NCBI GenBank assembly: GCA_963745075.1
Contig: CAVUWV010000010.1
Span: forward strand, 384,001 to 448,000
DNA length: 64,000 nt
Source of the DNA: Candidatus Hydrogenedentota bacterium
GTDB lineage: Bacteria > Hydrogenedentota > Hydrogenedentia > Hydrogenedentales > SLHB01
Direction: 5' to 3'
A program made the position numbers and the translations under genes. The notes under the pieces are model-generated. The model ran no database searches. It saw nothing but the letters and a program-made list of their open reading frames with translations, and was not told where the DNA came from. Shown in pieces: positions 51,095-60,994 of the stretch. The first letter of the stretch is position 1; each line of letters begins with the position of its first letter.

Positions 51095-52330
51095 CTACTC
51101 CACCGCCTCGATGCGCTCACTCACCGGCGCGATGGGCGGGAGGCCGTTCTCGGGTGAATCGAGGTAGAAGAAGGCTACGGCCGACCAGTCGTCCTGCCGG
51201 TACATGTTGGTCCAGGCGTCATCGGGCGCTTCGTGTTTGCGGATGTCGATCTCTTTGTCCTGGTCGAAGAGCTTGACGAACTTGCCGTCGTAATCGAGAC
51301 TCACGGGTTTTATGTTGACCCCCTTATTCAGCAATTCGACGACCTGCTTCTTTTCCGCGCCGCCCATCTGTTGAATGGTCACGCGAATGTCGTTGTGAAA
51401 GTACACCGGGTCGGGGATGTGATACCGGTAGAACGTGTACTCCCGGTCCTTGCCGTCGGCGATGAGGCAGCCCTGGTAGCGGCGTTGAAAGGCGCCCTGT
51501 CCCCAACCGGTGCCGATGTAGTCTTCGGTGCCCGTACCGACGATGGTCGGCAAATCCGTGTCGCCGTCGAGGTACATCTTCACTTCACCTTCGCCCCACC
51601 AGCCGACGTTGTCCGGCTTTTCGATGATGCCGAGGTGCGCGCCGAGATAACGGCCTTCGCCGTGGACCGGCGGCAGGATTTCAAAATCCTTCATCAAGGT
51701 CGTCCACCGTTCCCGATGCCAGTACGCGTGAAAGTAGAGGGCGCCGTCGTCGGGTTTCGGCGTGAGTACGTAGTTGATGTCGTAAAAGAATTTCTCCACG
51801 TTCTGGTCCGACTCGTTGGTGACGACCACCTTCGCGCCGGTCTTGAAAGGCATGGGGATGTACATGTTGAACGACCGGCCTTCGGGATTCGTGAACAGTT
51901 CATTCTCAAACGCGACGGACCGTCCGAGGATTGCGCCGAAGAAGTCGCCGATGGGTGCCGACACGGCCGGGGTCAAAGCGCCATCCCAGAACATTTCCAG
52001 TTTGATCGCGCGCAACATCTCAGGATCGCGTTCGCGCATCGTGAACCACATGCGGTGAATGCAGCCGCTGCCTTCCGCGTGCATCAGCACGAGGGAGGAC
52101 CCGGCTGGAAACGGCACGAAAGCCGCGCCCTTCGCGCCCGCGTTCTCGTGTCCCCCTGCGCCGCGTGCGCCGTCCGGATTCTCAAAACTCGACCAGCGCG
52201 ATTCCGCGCCATCAGGAACTCGATACAACTCCATCGCGTTTTCCCCCTCCGCTGCTGCGATAGCCAGAAGAAGGCTTATCGCCATAATCCACGCACGCCA
52301 ATCCGTTCCGCCTGTCCAACGATGCATCAT
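51095..52330 (-). CDS. DUF2961 / GH172-like glycoside hydrolase
   Basis: SSFENP.G, G.G.I..MW.T, P.GDFFG, WWGEGEVK, GTGTEDY, YRYHIPDP. Confidence 0.88.
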   Translation of the reverse strand: MMHRWTGGTDWRAWIMAISLLLAIAAAEGENAMELYRVPDGAESRWSSFENPDGARGAGGHENAGAKGAAFVPFPAGSSLVLMHAEGSGCIHRMWFTMRERDPEMLRAIKLEMFWDGALTPAVSAPIGDFFGAILGRSVAFENELFTNPEGRSFNMYIPMPFKTGAKVVVTNESDQNVEKFFYDINYVLTPKPDDGALYFHAYWHRERWTTLMKDFEILPPVHGEGRYLGAHLGIIEKPDNVGWWGEGEVKMYLDGDTDLPTIVGTGTEDYIGTGWGQGAFQRRYQGCLIADGKDREYTFYRYHIPDPVYFHNDIRVTIQQMGGAEKKQVVELLNKGVNIKPVSLDYDGKFVKLFDQDKEIDIRKHEAPDDAWTNMYRQDDWSAVAFFYLDSPENGLPPIAPVSERIEAVE

Positions 52331-52430
52331 GGTCCGCACCTCCCCGAATATACGCCGCCACGTACGCTGCACAGGATACCAAATCTTTCCCTATAGCGGG
52401 TTGCCGGTTTGCACCGAAGACAAGTGGGGC

Positions 52431-52513
52431 CATGTAGCGCAGGCGTCCCGCCTGCAACTCTTAAGTCTCAGAACGCGGCCGCAAAATTGCAGGCGGGACG
52501 CCTGCGCTACATG
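52431..52513. repeat. REP-like inverted pair, family B
   Basis: CATGTAGCGCAGGCGTCCCGCCTGCAA and its reverse complement. Confidence 0.85.
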
Positions 52514-52636
52514 AATTCCTGTTAGGGATTGAATAGTGGTATTTCCCCTCCGGCCTTCTTCCGCTATACTGGAACCCGGTGCGGCGCTGCCGGGGGGTGG
52601 CGTCTGTGGAACATTCGATAACGGGGGGATTCCGGG

Positions 52637-55600
52637 ATGTCCAGTTACGATGCGTGGTCCGGTCGCGTTTGGGTTTGGGGAGTACTGGTGCTAATGATGC
52701 TTGGTGCAGGGATTTCTGCGGTGTCCGCTGAAGACATTGCCGTCGTGCGGGACCAGTTCGCCGCGCCGCCGGTCGAGAACAGCCAGGGCCCCTTGTGGGT
52801 GTGGAACGACTGGATGACCGAAGACGAGGTCCGCCAGGCTCTGCGCGACCTCGCGTCGCAGCACGTCATGCAGGCCTTCGTCCATCCCCGGCCGGGGCTG
52901 ATGACGCCGTACCTCTCGGACCGGTGGTTCGACCTATGGGCCGTCGCGCTGGACGAAGCCGAGAAACTCGGCATGCACATCTGGATCTACGACGAGAATT
53001 CCTATCCCTCCGGATTTGCCGGCGGCTTCGTGCCGGACCAGATGCCCGAGTCTCGGGGCCAGGGACTGGTCTTCGAAGAAGTCACGGACGTGCCGAATCC
53101 GCTTCCGGAGGATGTGCTGCGCGTCTACGCCGTTATCGGCGACACCTACACCGACGCAACGCCGAAAGATGCGCAGACCGCGCTGCCTTCCGGCCGGTAC
53201 ATTCTCGCCAAACGCGCGTGGGCCCAACCGTCGCCGTGGTTCGGCGGGAAGACCTACGTCGATTTGCTGCGTCCCGGCGTGACGGAGAAGTTTCTCGAGG
53301 TGACGCTCGATGCCTGCAAAGCCCACTTCGGCGATCAGTTCGGCAAACGGGTTCCCGGATCGTTCACGGACGAACCGCACCTCGTGCCCGGTGGCGAGTT
53401 TCATTGGACCCCCGATCTGCCCGAAGTATTCCAGAAACGTTGGGGCTACGACCTCATGGAGAATCTCCCATCACTGAAGTACGACCTCGGCGACTGGAAG
53501 AAAGTGCGCCACGACTATTACGCCACGATCAACGAGTTGTTCATCGAACGCTGGGCGAAGCCGTATTACACCTATTGCGAACGCAACGGTCTCATGTTCA
53601 CCGGGCACTACTGGGAGCACGACTGGCCGCGACTGACACACGTGCCGGACGATATGGCCATGTCCGCGTGGCAGCATGCGCCCGGCATCGACATTCTCTT
53701 CAATCAATACAGCGAAGGCGTCCACGCCCAGTTCGGCAACGTGCGCGCGGTGATGGAACTGGCGAGTGTCGCGAACCAGCTCGGGCGACGGTTCCGGCTC
53801 TGTGAAACCTACGGCGGCGGCGGTTGGGATCTTCGCTTCGAAGACATGAAACGCATCGGTGATTGGGTCGACGTGTTGGGCGTCACGCTGAACAACCAGC
53901 ACCTGACCCACTCGACCTTACGCGGCGCGCGCAAGGGCGACTATCCCCAGTCCTTCTCCTACCACGCGCCCTGGTGGGATTCCTATCACGTGCTGGCCGA
54001 CTACTTCGCGCGCGTGTCGCTGGTGTTGTCCCACGGTGAGCAGATCAACGACGTGCTGGTCCTCGAACCGACGACGACCACGTGGATGTACCAGGGTCCC
54101 GGACGCGACCACAACGAACAGATTGGCGAGGCATTTCAAGCGTTCGTGACGCAATTGGCGAAGAAGAACGTCGAGTTCGACATCGGCTGCGAGTACATCC
54201 TCGCGAATTGGGGTCATGTCGAGCGCGGCAAGTTCGTCGTAGGACAGCGCGCGTATGATGTCTTCGTCATTCCGAAGGGCACCGAGAGTTTGGACACGGC
54301 GACGGTGGATCTTCTCGAAGCGTTCTTGAAGAACGGCGGAACCGTGCTCGACTACGGGGACACACCGCCGGCGATGATCGACGGGCGTCCATCCGGCCGT
54401 GTCGTGGACTTGAGCCAAGCAGCGAGTTGGAAGACGGCCGGCGAAGACGACTTGTACCAGAGGCAGCAGACGGTATCGCCGTTCAGCATTACCTTGGCCG
54501 ATGATAACCAAGGCATCGTTTACCATCAGCGGCGCACGTACGGGGACGGTGAGCTTCTCTTTCTCGCCAACACCAGCGATACGTCGAAAGGCATCGGTTC
54601 ATTTCGATCCAGTATGAGCGGCGTCGAACAATGGGACCTCGAAACGGGTGAAGCCGGCATTTCCTATCCGTTCACGCCCCGCATGGATGGCATTCTTGCG
54701 GACTTCGAGCTTGCGCCTTGCGGCAGCTTGTTGTTGTACCTGCCGAAAGCAACACGCGAGGTCGTGTCCCCGTCGCCGGAGCCGGTCTGGACCGCATTGA
54801 CTGCGACGGGCGACATGATTGTTGAACGTTCGTCACCGAATGTATTGACCCTCGACTACGTCAACGTCACCGCGGGCGGCGAAACGCGGGAGGCGCAGTA
54901 TTTCTACGCCGCCGCCGAATTTGTTTTCCAGAAGCACGGTCTCGAGAGGAACCCGTGGGACCATGCTGTGCAATTCAATGACGAACTCATCAGCAAGACC
55001 TTCCCGCCGGACAGCGGGTTTGAAGCCACCTACCGCTTCACTATCGAAGGCGATGTTCCGAAACCGTTGTATGCCGTCGTCGAGCGCACGGATCTCTACA
55101 CGATTACCTGCAACGGAAAACCCGTGACCGCGATGCCGGGCGAATGGTGGCTGGACCGCGCCTTCGGCGTGATCGACATCAGCGACTGCGTGCAGTCCGG
55201 AGAAAACACGCTGACGACCGTCGCGCAGCCGTTCACCATGTTCCACGAGTTGGAGCGCGCCTATATCCTCGGCGACTTCAGTCTGCTCAATGCCGATTCC
55301 GGATTTCATATCATCGCACCGAGCGTGCTGACGGCCGGTCCCTGGGATCAGCAGGGGTGTCCACTTTACGGCGCAGGCGTGACGTATAGGCAGACCTTTA
55401 CCGTCGACAAACCGGCGGGCACGTATCGCGTAAAGCTTCCCGCATGGCTCGGCAGCGTGTCGAAGGTGCGCGTGAACGGCGAGGGCGTGGGGTACATCTA
55501 CCATAGCCCGGCAACTTGCGATGTCAGCGATGCGATCAAGCCCGGGGAAAACGTCGTCGAAGTCGAAGTGATCGGCACGCCGAAGAACACGCTGGGTCCC

Positions 55601-55741
55601 CATCACGGGAATCCGCCTCTTGGCATCGCGTCACCCGACATGTTCCGGAAGGGCCCCATCCCCGGACCGCCCTCCGGAGCGGATTACAGCACCGTTGGTT
55701 ACGGCTTGTTCGCTCCGTTCGAAGTGCAAGCGACCGGGTGA
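52637..55741 (+). CDS. Secreted glycoside hydrolase, GH106 (alpha-L-rhamnosidase)-like
   Basis: F..PP, LWVWN, HPRPGL..PYLS..W, WIYDE..YPSG.AGG, FTDEP, ASVANQLG, CETYG; C-terminal beta-sandwich domains. Confidence 0.8.
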   Translation: MSSYDAWSGRVWVWGVLVLMMLGAGISAVSAEDIAVVRDQFAAPPVENSQGPLWVWNDWMTEDEVRQALRDLASQHVMQAFVHPRPGLMTPYLSDRWFDLWAVALDEAEKLGMHIWIYDENSYPSGFAGGFVPDQMPESRGQGLVFEEVTDVPNPLPEDVLRVYAVIGDTYTDATPKDAQTALPSGRYILAKRAWAQPSPWFGGKTYVDLLRPGVTEKFLEVTLDACKAHFGDQFGKRVPGSFTDEPHLVPGGEFHWTPDLPEVFQKRWGYDLMENLPSLKYDLGDWKKVRHDYYATINELFIERWAKPYYTYCERNGLMFTGHYWEHDWPRLTHVPDDMAMSAWQHAPGIDILFNQYSEGVHAQFGNVRAVMELASVANQLGRRFRLCETYGGGGWDLRFEDMKRIGDWVDVLGVTLNNQHLTHSTLRGARKGDYPQSFSYHAPWWDSYHVLADYFARVSLVLSHGEQINDVLVLEPTTTTWMYQGPGRDHNEQIGEAFQAFVTQLAKKNVEFDIGCEYILANWGHVERGKFVVGQRAYDVFVIPKGTESLDTATVDLLEAFLKNGGTVLDYGDTPPAMIDGRPSGRVVDLSQAASWKTAGEDDLYQRQQTVSPFSITLADDNQGIVYHQRRTYGDGELLFLANTSDTSKGIGSFRSSMSGVEQWDLETGEAGISYPFTPRMDGILADFELAPCGSLLLYLPKATREVVSPSPEPVWTALTATGDMIVERSSPNVLTLDYVNVTAGGETREAQYFYAAAEFVFQKHGLERNPWDHAVQFNDELISKTFPPDSGFEATYRFTIEGDVPKPLYAVVERTDLYTITCNGKPVTAMPGEWWLDRAFGVIDISDCVQSGENTLTTVAQPFTMFHELERAYILGDFSLLNADSGFHIIAPSVLTAGPWDQQGCPLYGAGVTYRQTFTVDKPAGTYRVKLPAWLGSVSKVRVNGEGVGYIYHSPATCDVSDAIKPGENVVEVEVIGTPKNTLGPHHGNPPLGIASPDMFRKGPIPGPPSGADYSTVGYGLFAPFEVQATG

Positions 55742-55801
55742 GACGATCCCGGCACGCGGGTTTTCGAAGCTGCCGTGAGAGTCGGCAAAGGGTCGTATAT
55801 T

Positions 55802-55853
55802 GCCAACCGGCCCGAAGGGGCCAAAACATGTTGGCCCAGGGCAACGCCCTGGG
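55802..55853. repeat. REP-like hairpin pair between convergent genes
   Basis: GGCCCGAAGGGGCC and CCCAGGGCAACGCCCTGGG palindromes. Confidence 0.6.
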
Positions 55854-55859
55854 AAATCT

Positions 55860-57791
55860 TCACTGCTTCGGCAACGCTCGTAACGCCTGTTGCGCCTTGG
55901 GGAAATTCGGCTGGAGGCGCAGCGCCAATTCGAACTGCTCGCGGGCTTCGGCATACTTGCCTTGCGCGGCGAGGGCGAGTCCGAGGTTTTGGTGCAGGGA
56001 TGGGTCGTTCGGTGTCCGTTCGACCAGGGGCCGTAACTGCGCCTCGGCTTCCGCTGGACGGCCGGCGGCGAAGAGCGCGGCCCCATAATTCTCCGCGGCT
56101 TCCCGGTTTTTGGGGTCGGTTTTGACGGCCTTCGCGATAGCCTTCACGGCTTCCAGATGGTGACCGAGGCCCAGCAGGATAGTCCCCAGGTTGTTGTAGG
56201 CTTCGCTGTAACCGGGATCGAGTTCCGTCGCGCGGGTGTAGGCGGCGGCCGCGGCCTCCGGTTGTCCGAGGTTCTGCAGCACGATGCCCAGGTTGTACTG
56301 ATTCTCCGCATTGCCGGGATTTAATTCCGCTGCACGCGTGACGTGCGGCAATGCATCCAAGTACCGTTCCTCGGTAATAAGGGCTTTGGCGAGACCTCGT
56401 TCGGCGACCGCGTTCTCTCCCGTGACGGCCAGGGCGTGGCGGAACAGCGTCTCCGAATTCGCCCAATACCCCGCCTGGACCCAGGTCCGCCAAGCCAAGA
56501 CGGCGACCGCGAGCGCACCTGCCACACGCAGAACTTTCGGCGGCACGTGCAGCTTTGTGTCAGCGAGCTGCGATACCCCCCAGGCGACCACGATCGTCAA
56601 TCCGATGAGGGGGAAGTACGTATACCGGTCCGCCAACCCGTGGACACCAACCTGAACGATCCCGATGACGGGGACGAGCGTGCCCAGGTACCAGAACCAC
56701 CCCACCGGCAAGTAGGGGCTGCGCGCGCGCGCCAGGATGACGGTAATCGTAATCGCTGCAAGCAACAGGACACACAGGCTCGCCTGAATCGTCGTCAGCG
56801 AATTGCCGGGGTGCGGGTAGAAGGCCGCCAAGTGGCTAGGCCAAAAGGCCTTGACCCCGTACAGCACATAGGAATACGCCGCGTTCTTCAAGCGCAGCGC
56901 CATGGGCAGGGCGGCAAGCGAACTGGTGGCCCCTGCACCACGCTGGACCCACACGGTCAATGCGGAAAACACGATGGCCAACGCGAGGTGCGGCATCTTT
57001 TCCAAGAGTAAGCGAACAAGGCGGAACCCGTTGTTCGACGACGCTCCGCATCGCGCCGCAACAAACGCCGAAGACGCAAGACCGCGTCCCCGGCCCTCCC
57101 CGTGAACGGGGGGAGTTAGAGAGGGGGTGTTTCCGGTACCGGTCCAACGTCCCAGCGGCCAGTAATCGAGCAATAGCAATACGCAAGGGATGGTCACGAG
57201 CATCGGCTTTGCGAGCAACCCCAAGCCGAGCCAAGCCACGGTCATCGCGTATCGCAGGAGTGACGGTCTTTCGCAATACGCCGCGTAGGCCCACAGCGTC
57301 AGCATAGCGAAGAAGGTGCTGAGCACATCCTTCCGTTCGGATACCCACGCCACGGACTCGACATGGATCGGATGCAACGCGAACACGGCCGCCACGAACA
57401 GGCTCGGATACGTTCGCTTCGTCATCCGGCGCAAAGCCAGGAAGAGGACCACCGCGTTCAACCCATGCAATATGACGTTAGTGAGATGGTGGCCCCAGGG
57501 TTTCATCCCGTACATCGCGCAATCCGACATATGCGACAGCCACGCCAAGGGCTGCCACGTCCCGGAGTGCCCGTTGGTGAAGGCCCAAACCACGGACTCC
57601 GCGTTGAGGCCGGATCGCACCATGGGATTGTCGGTGACGTAAACGCCGTCGTCGTAATTCACAAAACCGGCCCGCAGCGCAGGGACGTACGCGACGACGG
57701 TAACCGCAAAAAGTAGAACAGCCACGACCCCTGCAACCCATGCATCGCGCGAAGGAGGTTCGGCCGGTACGTTGTGTGATGCGTTGTCCAT
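55860..57791 (-). CDS. TMTC-like membrane glycosyltransferase with C-terminal TPRs
   Basis: FVNYDD..YV, W.PL.WLS, HP.HVESVAWVSERKD, ADRYTY.P; TPRs at the C-terminus. Confidence 0.85.
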   Translation of the reverse strand: MDNASHNVPAEPPSRDAWVAGVVAVLLFAVTVVAYVPALRAGFVNYDDGVYVTDNPMVRSGLNAESVVWAFTNGHSGTWQPLAWLSHMSDCAMYGMKPWGHHLTNVILHGLNAVVLFLALRRMTKRTYPSLFVAAVFALHPIHVESVAWVSERKDVLSTFFAMLTLWAYAAYCERPSLLRYAMTVAWLGLGLLAKPMLVTIPCVLLLLDYWPLGRWTGTGNTPSLTPPVHGEGRGRGLASSAFVAARCGASSNNGFRLVRLLLEKMPHLALAIVFSALTVWVQRGAGATSSLAALPMALRLKNAAYSYVLYGVKAFWPSHLAAFYPHPGNSLTTIQASLCVLLLAAITITVILARARSPYLPVGWFWYLGTLVPVIGIVQVGVHGLADRYTYFPLIGLTIVVAWGVSQLADTKLHVPPKVLRVAGALAVAVLAWRTWVQAGYWANSETLFRHALAVTGENAVAERGLAKALITEERYLDALPHVTRAAELNPGNAENQYNLGIVLQNLGQPEAAAAAYTRATELDPGYSEAYNNLGTILLGLGHHLEAVKAIAKAVKTDPKNREAAENYGAALFAAGRPAEAEAQLRPLVERTPNDPSLHQNLGLALAAQGKYAEAREQFELALRLQPNFPKAQQALRALPKQ

Positions 57792-57978
57792 GATTCCCCA
57801 AGGTCCGGCGATCCAGCCACGAGGATCGCGTCCCGACTTTACTGAATTCCGCGGATTGTCGCAATCGTTTTTCGAGGGTTATGAAAAGAATGTACTGGAC
57901 AGTTGCGAACAAAAGTGCTAAAGTGGGGCGAAGGCTAGTGTACTGCCAGCTATTTACTGAGCCGGGCGGAGTTTGTGC

Positions 57979-59145
57979 GTGAGAGCAATAGGTAGGTTGA
58001 CTGTGCAAGCGGGGAATCACGATCACGCCATCTGCCCCGTAAGCGCAGAGATACCAGTTAATTATATAGCGTTTGGCGACCCCGTTGCGATAGCAGTCCA
58101 GGACGCCCGCAGCGGCGCGTTCGAGCCGTGTCAGACCGCGCCAGCACGAAAAGGGACGCAACTGACGTTTCTGCTCAAGCGGCTTCGGGCCGGGGAAACG
58201 CGGAAATACCGAATCATCCCGCAGCGGGTACCCTTCGTGGACCGCGTGAAGTTGGTGAACGACGAAGAGTCCGGCCGGTTGGAGGTTTTGGTATCCGGAA
58301 AGCCGTTTACGACATATCATTATGGTCCTAAATGGGTTAGACCGTTCTTTCAGCCCCTTATCGGCCCCGGCGGCGTCAAAATGACCCGCAACTGGCCCGT
58401 GGAAAAGGGGATCGAAGGAGAGACCCGGGACCATCGTCACCATAAGTCCTTGTGGGTGGCCTACGGAGAATGCGATACTGTCGACAACTGGTCGGAAGAC
58501 AAGGGCCACGGGTACCAGCGGCACCGGCGTTTTTTGTCGCTCGTTTCCGGGCCGGTTTATGGCGAATTCGTGGCCAAGCTTGACTGGTGTAATGCCAAGG
58601 AACGCAAGCAGTTCGAAGAAACGCGCCGGCTTCGGTTCTACGCCGTCCCGGGAGGTGCCCGGCTTTTTGACGTGAGTATCTCGTTCAGGATGACGGAGCG
58701 TGAAGTCACCTTTCGGGACACCAAGGAAGGCGGCCTGATTTCGGTGCGGGTGGCAAGCGCGATGGATGTCCCGCGCGGCGGCCGAATCGAAAACGGGTAC
58801 GGCGGATGCGATGAGAAGGAAACCTGGGGCAAGAAAGCGCCCTGGTGCGACTATAGCGGAGTCGTTGACGGCCAACACGTTGGCATTGCTGTCATGGACC
58901 ACGAAACCAATCCGCGATATCCGACGGAATGGCACGTGCGCAATTATGGATTGATGACGGCCAATTGTTTCGGTTGGAGCTACTTCCGCCCGGAGCGGAA
59001 ACAACGGGGCGACATGCGGTTCCGTAAAGGAAGCGCAACGCCCTGGAATTATAGGATTTATATGCACAAGGGAGATGCAGGGAAGGCGAAGGTCCGGGAA
59101 CGGTTCCTTGATTACATCGCCCCACCCGAAGTGACCGTGGGGTAG
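57979..59145 (+). CDS. DUF6807 (so-called PmoA) family protein
   Basis: RPFFQPL, TRNWP, DHRHHKSLW, WCDYSG, DH..NP.YP..WHVR.YGL. Confidence 0.75.
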   Translation: MRAIGRLTVQAGNHDHAICPVSAEIPVNYIAFGDPVAIAVQDARSGAFEPCQTAPARKGTQLTFLLKRLRAGETRKYRIIPQRVPFVDRVKLVNDEESGRLEVLVSGKPFTTYHYGPKWVRPFFQPLIGPGGVKMTRNWPVEKGIEGETRDHRHHKSLWVAYGECDTVDNWSEDKGHGYQRHRRFLSLVSGPVYGEFVAKLDWCNAKERKQFEETRRLRFYAVPGGARLFDVSISFRMTEREVTFRDTKEGGLISVRVASAMDVPRGGRIENGYGGCDEKETWGKKAPWCDYSGVVDGQHVGIAVMDHETNPRYPTEWHVRNYGLMTANCFGWSYFRPERKQRGDMRFRKGSATPWNYRIYMHKGDAGKAKVRERFLDYIAPPEVTVG

Positions 59146-59151
59146 TGGCCC

Positions 59152-59215
59152 GCATTTCTCACCGCCCGAAGACGTCCACCTGTTGACGGTGTTTTCGGGG
59201 GGCGGTGAGAGATGC
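59152..59215. repeat. Long hairpin after the DUF6807 gene (possible terminator or REP)
   Basis: GCATTTCTCACCGCCC ... GGGCGGTGAGAGATGC; no U-tract. Confidence 0.55.
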
Positions 59216-59385
59216 TCTCGAGAAGACTTGAAGGCTCACTGTTGAGGAATTTTCACACGCACACTGTAAAGCTCAAGCGATTCGTCCATTTTCTGAAGGC
59301 GTAGCGCGGACTGAGGTTATATGTTCGACGATTTGTGCGTGTGGGAATTCCGGGGTAGGAAACCTACAGGAGACCGCGGGAAACC

Positions 59386-60807
59386 ATGGCAACGTCACGG
59401 AAGAAAGCGAAGAAAGCCGCCAAGACCAAGGCCAAACCGAAGAGGAAGCCCGTGAAGAAGCCCGCCAAGAAGTCCGTAAAGGCAAAGGCGGTCGCTAAGT
59501 CCAAGGTCAAACCCAGAGCGAAGTCCAAGCCCACGGCTCGGCCCAAGACCAAGCCGAAGGCCAAGCCCAAAGCGAAACCGAAGGCGAAGGCCTCGGTGAA
59601 AAGGAAGACGGTGTCGAAAAAGAAGGCTGTTGCCAAGAAGAAGCCGCCGGCGAAGAAGACGCCTGTTAAGAAAGCGCCGGCGAAGAAGAAGTCCGCATCC
59701 GCCAAGGCCGCGACCCGGAGCAGCGCCGCGCGGGTTCAAGCAGCGGCCAAGGCTAAGGTGGGCGCTGCAACGTCCCGGAAACGGCCCACGGCCGCGGGTC
59801 CGCCCGCGAAGAAGCCGAAGAACCGTAAGCCATTGCTGCCGCGCGAGTTCTTGTTGGAAGTAGCCGCCACGATCCGTAATGCCGTGCTGCCCTTGGTTCG
59901 GGCGGCGAAGGGCCGGGAGATCATTGGCAGCGCCACCAGCGGAGACGCGACCTTTCAACTGGACAAGGTGGCGGAACGGGCCTTGCTGAATTTCCTGCGC
60001 GACGCGCGCGTGCCCGTGGCCTTTTACTCGGAAGACGCGGGATACACGACCTTTACGAGCGCGCAACCCGAACATCTGCTAGTCGTGGATCCGGTCGACG
60101 GATCGCGCGCCGCCAAGAGCGGATTCGAGTCGTGCGTCGTGTCCGTGGCCAGCACCCGGGTGATCGAACGCCCGCGCATGTCAGACGTGGACAACGGGGT
60201 CGTCATGGAAATCGTGGGACCGCGGACCTTCTATGCCCAGCGCGGCAAAGGCGCCCGAATCTATGTCAACGACGCCGTCAAGAAGGCGAAGCTGTCGAAG
60301 AATTCCAATCTCGAAACCATCTCCTGGTCGATGACCGTGCCGGCGCGTCCGGCAGAACTCATTTTTCCGACAGCGGCCAAACTGGTCGATTTGTCCAGCC
60401 TGAAGGGCGGGTTCTTCGCATGCAACAGCACGTCTTATAGCCTGACGCGGATGTTGACCAATCAACTCGATGCGTGCGTGGACTTCGCTAACCGGTACCT
60501 GCGGGATATTCCGGATGCCGTGGAAGACCAGTTCATCAACGCCGGGCGGGGCATCGTCCTCGGGATCGCGCCGTACGACATCGCCGCGTCCTACCTTATT
60601 GCGATCGAATCGGGATGCGTGGTCACGGATGCCTACGGCGAGAGTCTCGACGACGTGCTCTTGCTGGACAGCAGCGTGTCGAACCACCGGTCACTTATCG
60701 CCGCGGCCAACAAAGATCTCCACGAGAAGCTCATGAGCTTCTTCGATATCCGCATCCAGCAGTTCGAGCAACTCCTGACCCGGCGCGCCAAACTCGCCGG
60801 GAAATAG
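59386..60807 (+). CDS. Inositol monophosphatase/FBPase-family protein with N-terminal histone-H1-like Lys/Ala/Pro-rich region
   Basis: About 145 aa of KKA/KPK/AKK; then GD.T..LD..AE, SED, VDPVDGS, YDIAA IMPase motifs. Confidence 0.85.
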   Translation: MATSRKKAKKAAKTKAKPKRKPVKKPAKKSVKAKAVAKSKVKPRAKSKPTARPKTKPKAKPKAKPKAKASVKRKTVSKKKAVAKKKPPAKKTPVKKAPAKKKSASAKAATRSSAARVQAAAKAKVGAATSRKRPTAAGPPAKKPKNRKPLLPREFLLEVAATIRNAVLPLVRAAKGREIIGSATSGDATFQLDKVAERALLNFLRDARVPVAFYSEDAGYTTFTSAQPEHLLVVDPVDGSRAAKSGFESCVVSVASTRVIERPRMSDVDNGVVMEIVGPRTFYAQRGKGARIYVNDAVKKAKLSKNSNLETISWSMTVPARPAELIFPTAAKLVDLSSLKGGFFACNSTSYSLTRMLTNQLDACVDFANRYLRDIPDAVEDQFINAGRGIVLGIAPYDIAASYLIAIESGCVVTDAYGESLDDVLLLDSSVSNHRSLIAAANKDLHEKLMSFFDIRIQQFEQLLTRRAKLAGK

Positions 60808-60809
60808 GA

Positions 60810-60904
60810 AAAATGCTAACAGTAACCATTTGTTCAACTGGTTAACGTCGAAATAACGAAGCGGCGCAGAGCGATGTGAATAAATGGTTACGGTCCCCAT
60901 TCTT
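60810..60904. repeat. REP-like inverted pair, family C
   Basis: ACAGTAACCATTTGTT ... AATAAATGGTTACGGTCCCCATT. Confidence 0.65.
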
Positions 60905-60994
60905 CCCGCGCCGCGTTGAGCGCCCCTCATACCTTTGGTACAATACCGTTTTGAGTTCTACGGCCGCTTCGGCCCATCCGTTTTGGAGCACGCC

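Noticed and set aside
57979..59145. Particulate methane monooxygenase PmoA
   Set aside because: Soluble beta-rich protein of the misleadingly named DUF6807/PmoA family; no TM helices and no pmoB/pmoC
60808..60994. TPP riboswitch upstream of thiG
   Set aside because: No CUGAGA or other TPP core motifs visible; the region is occupied by a REP-like pair
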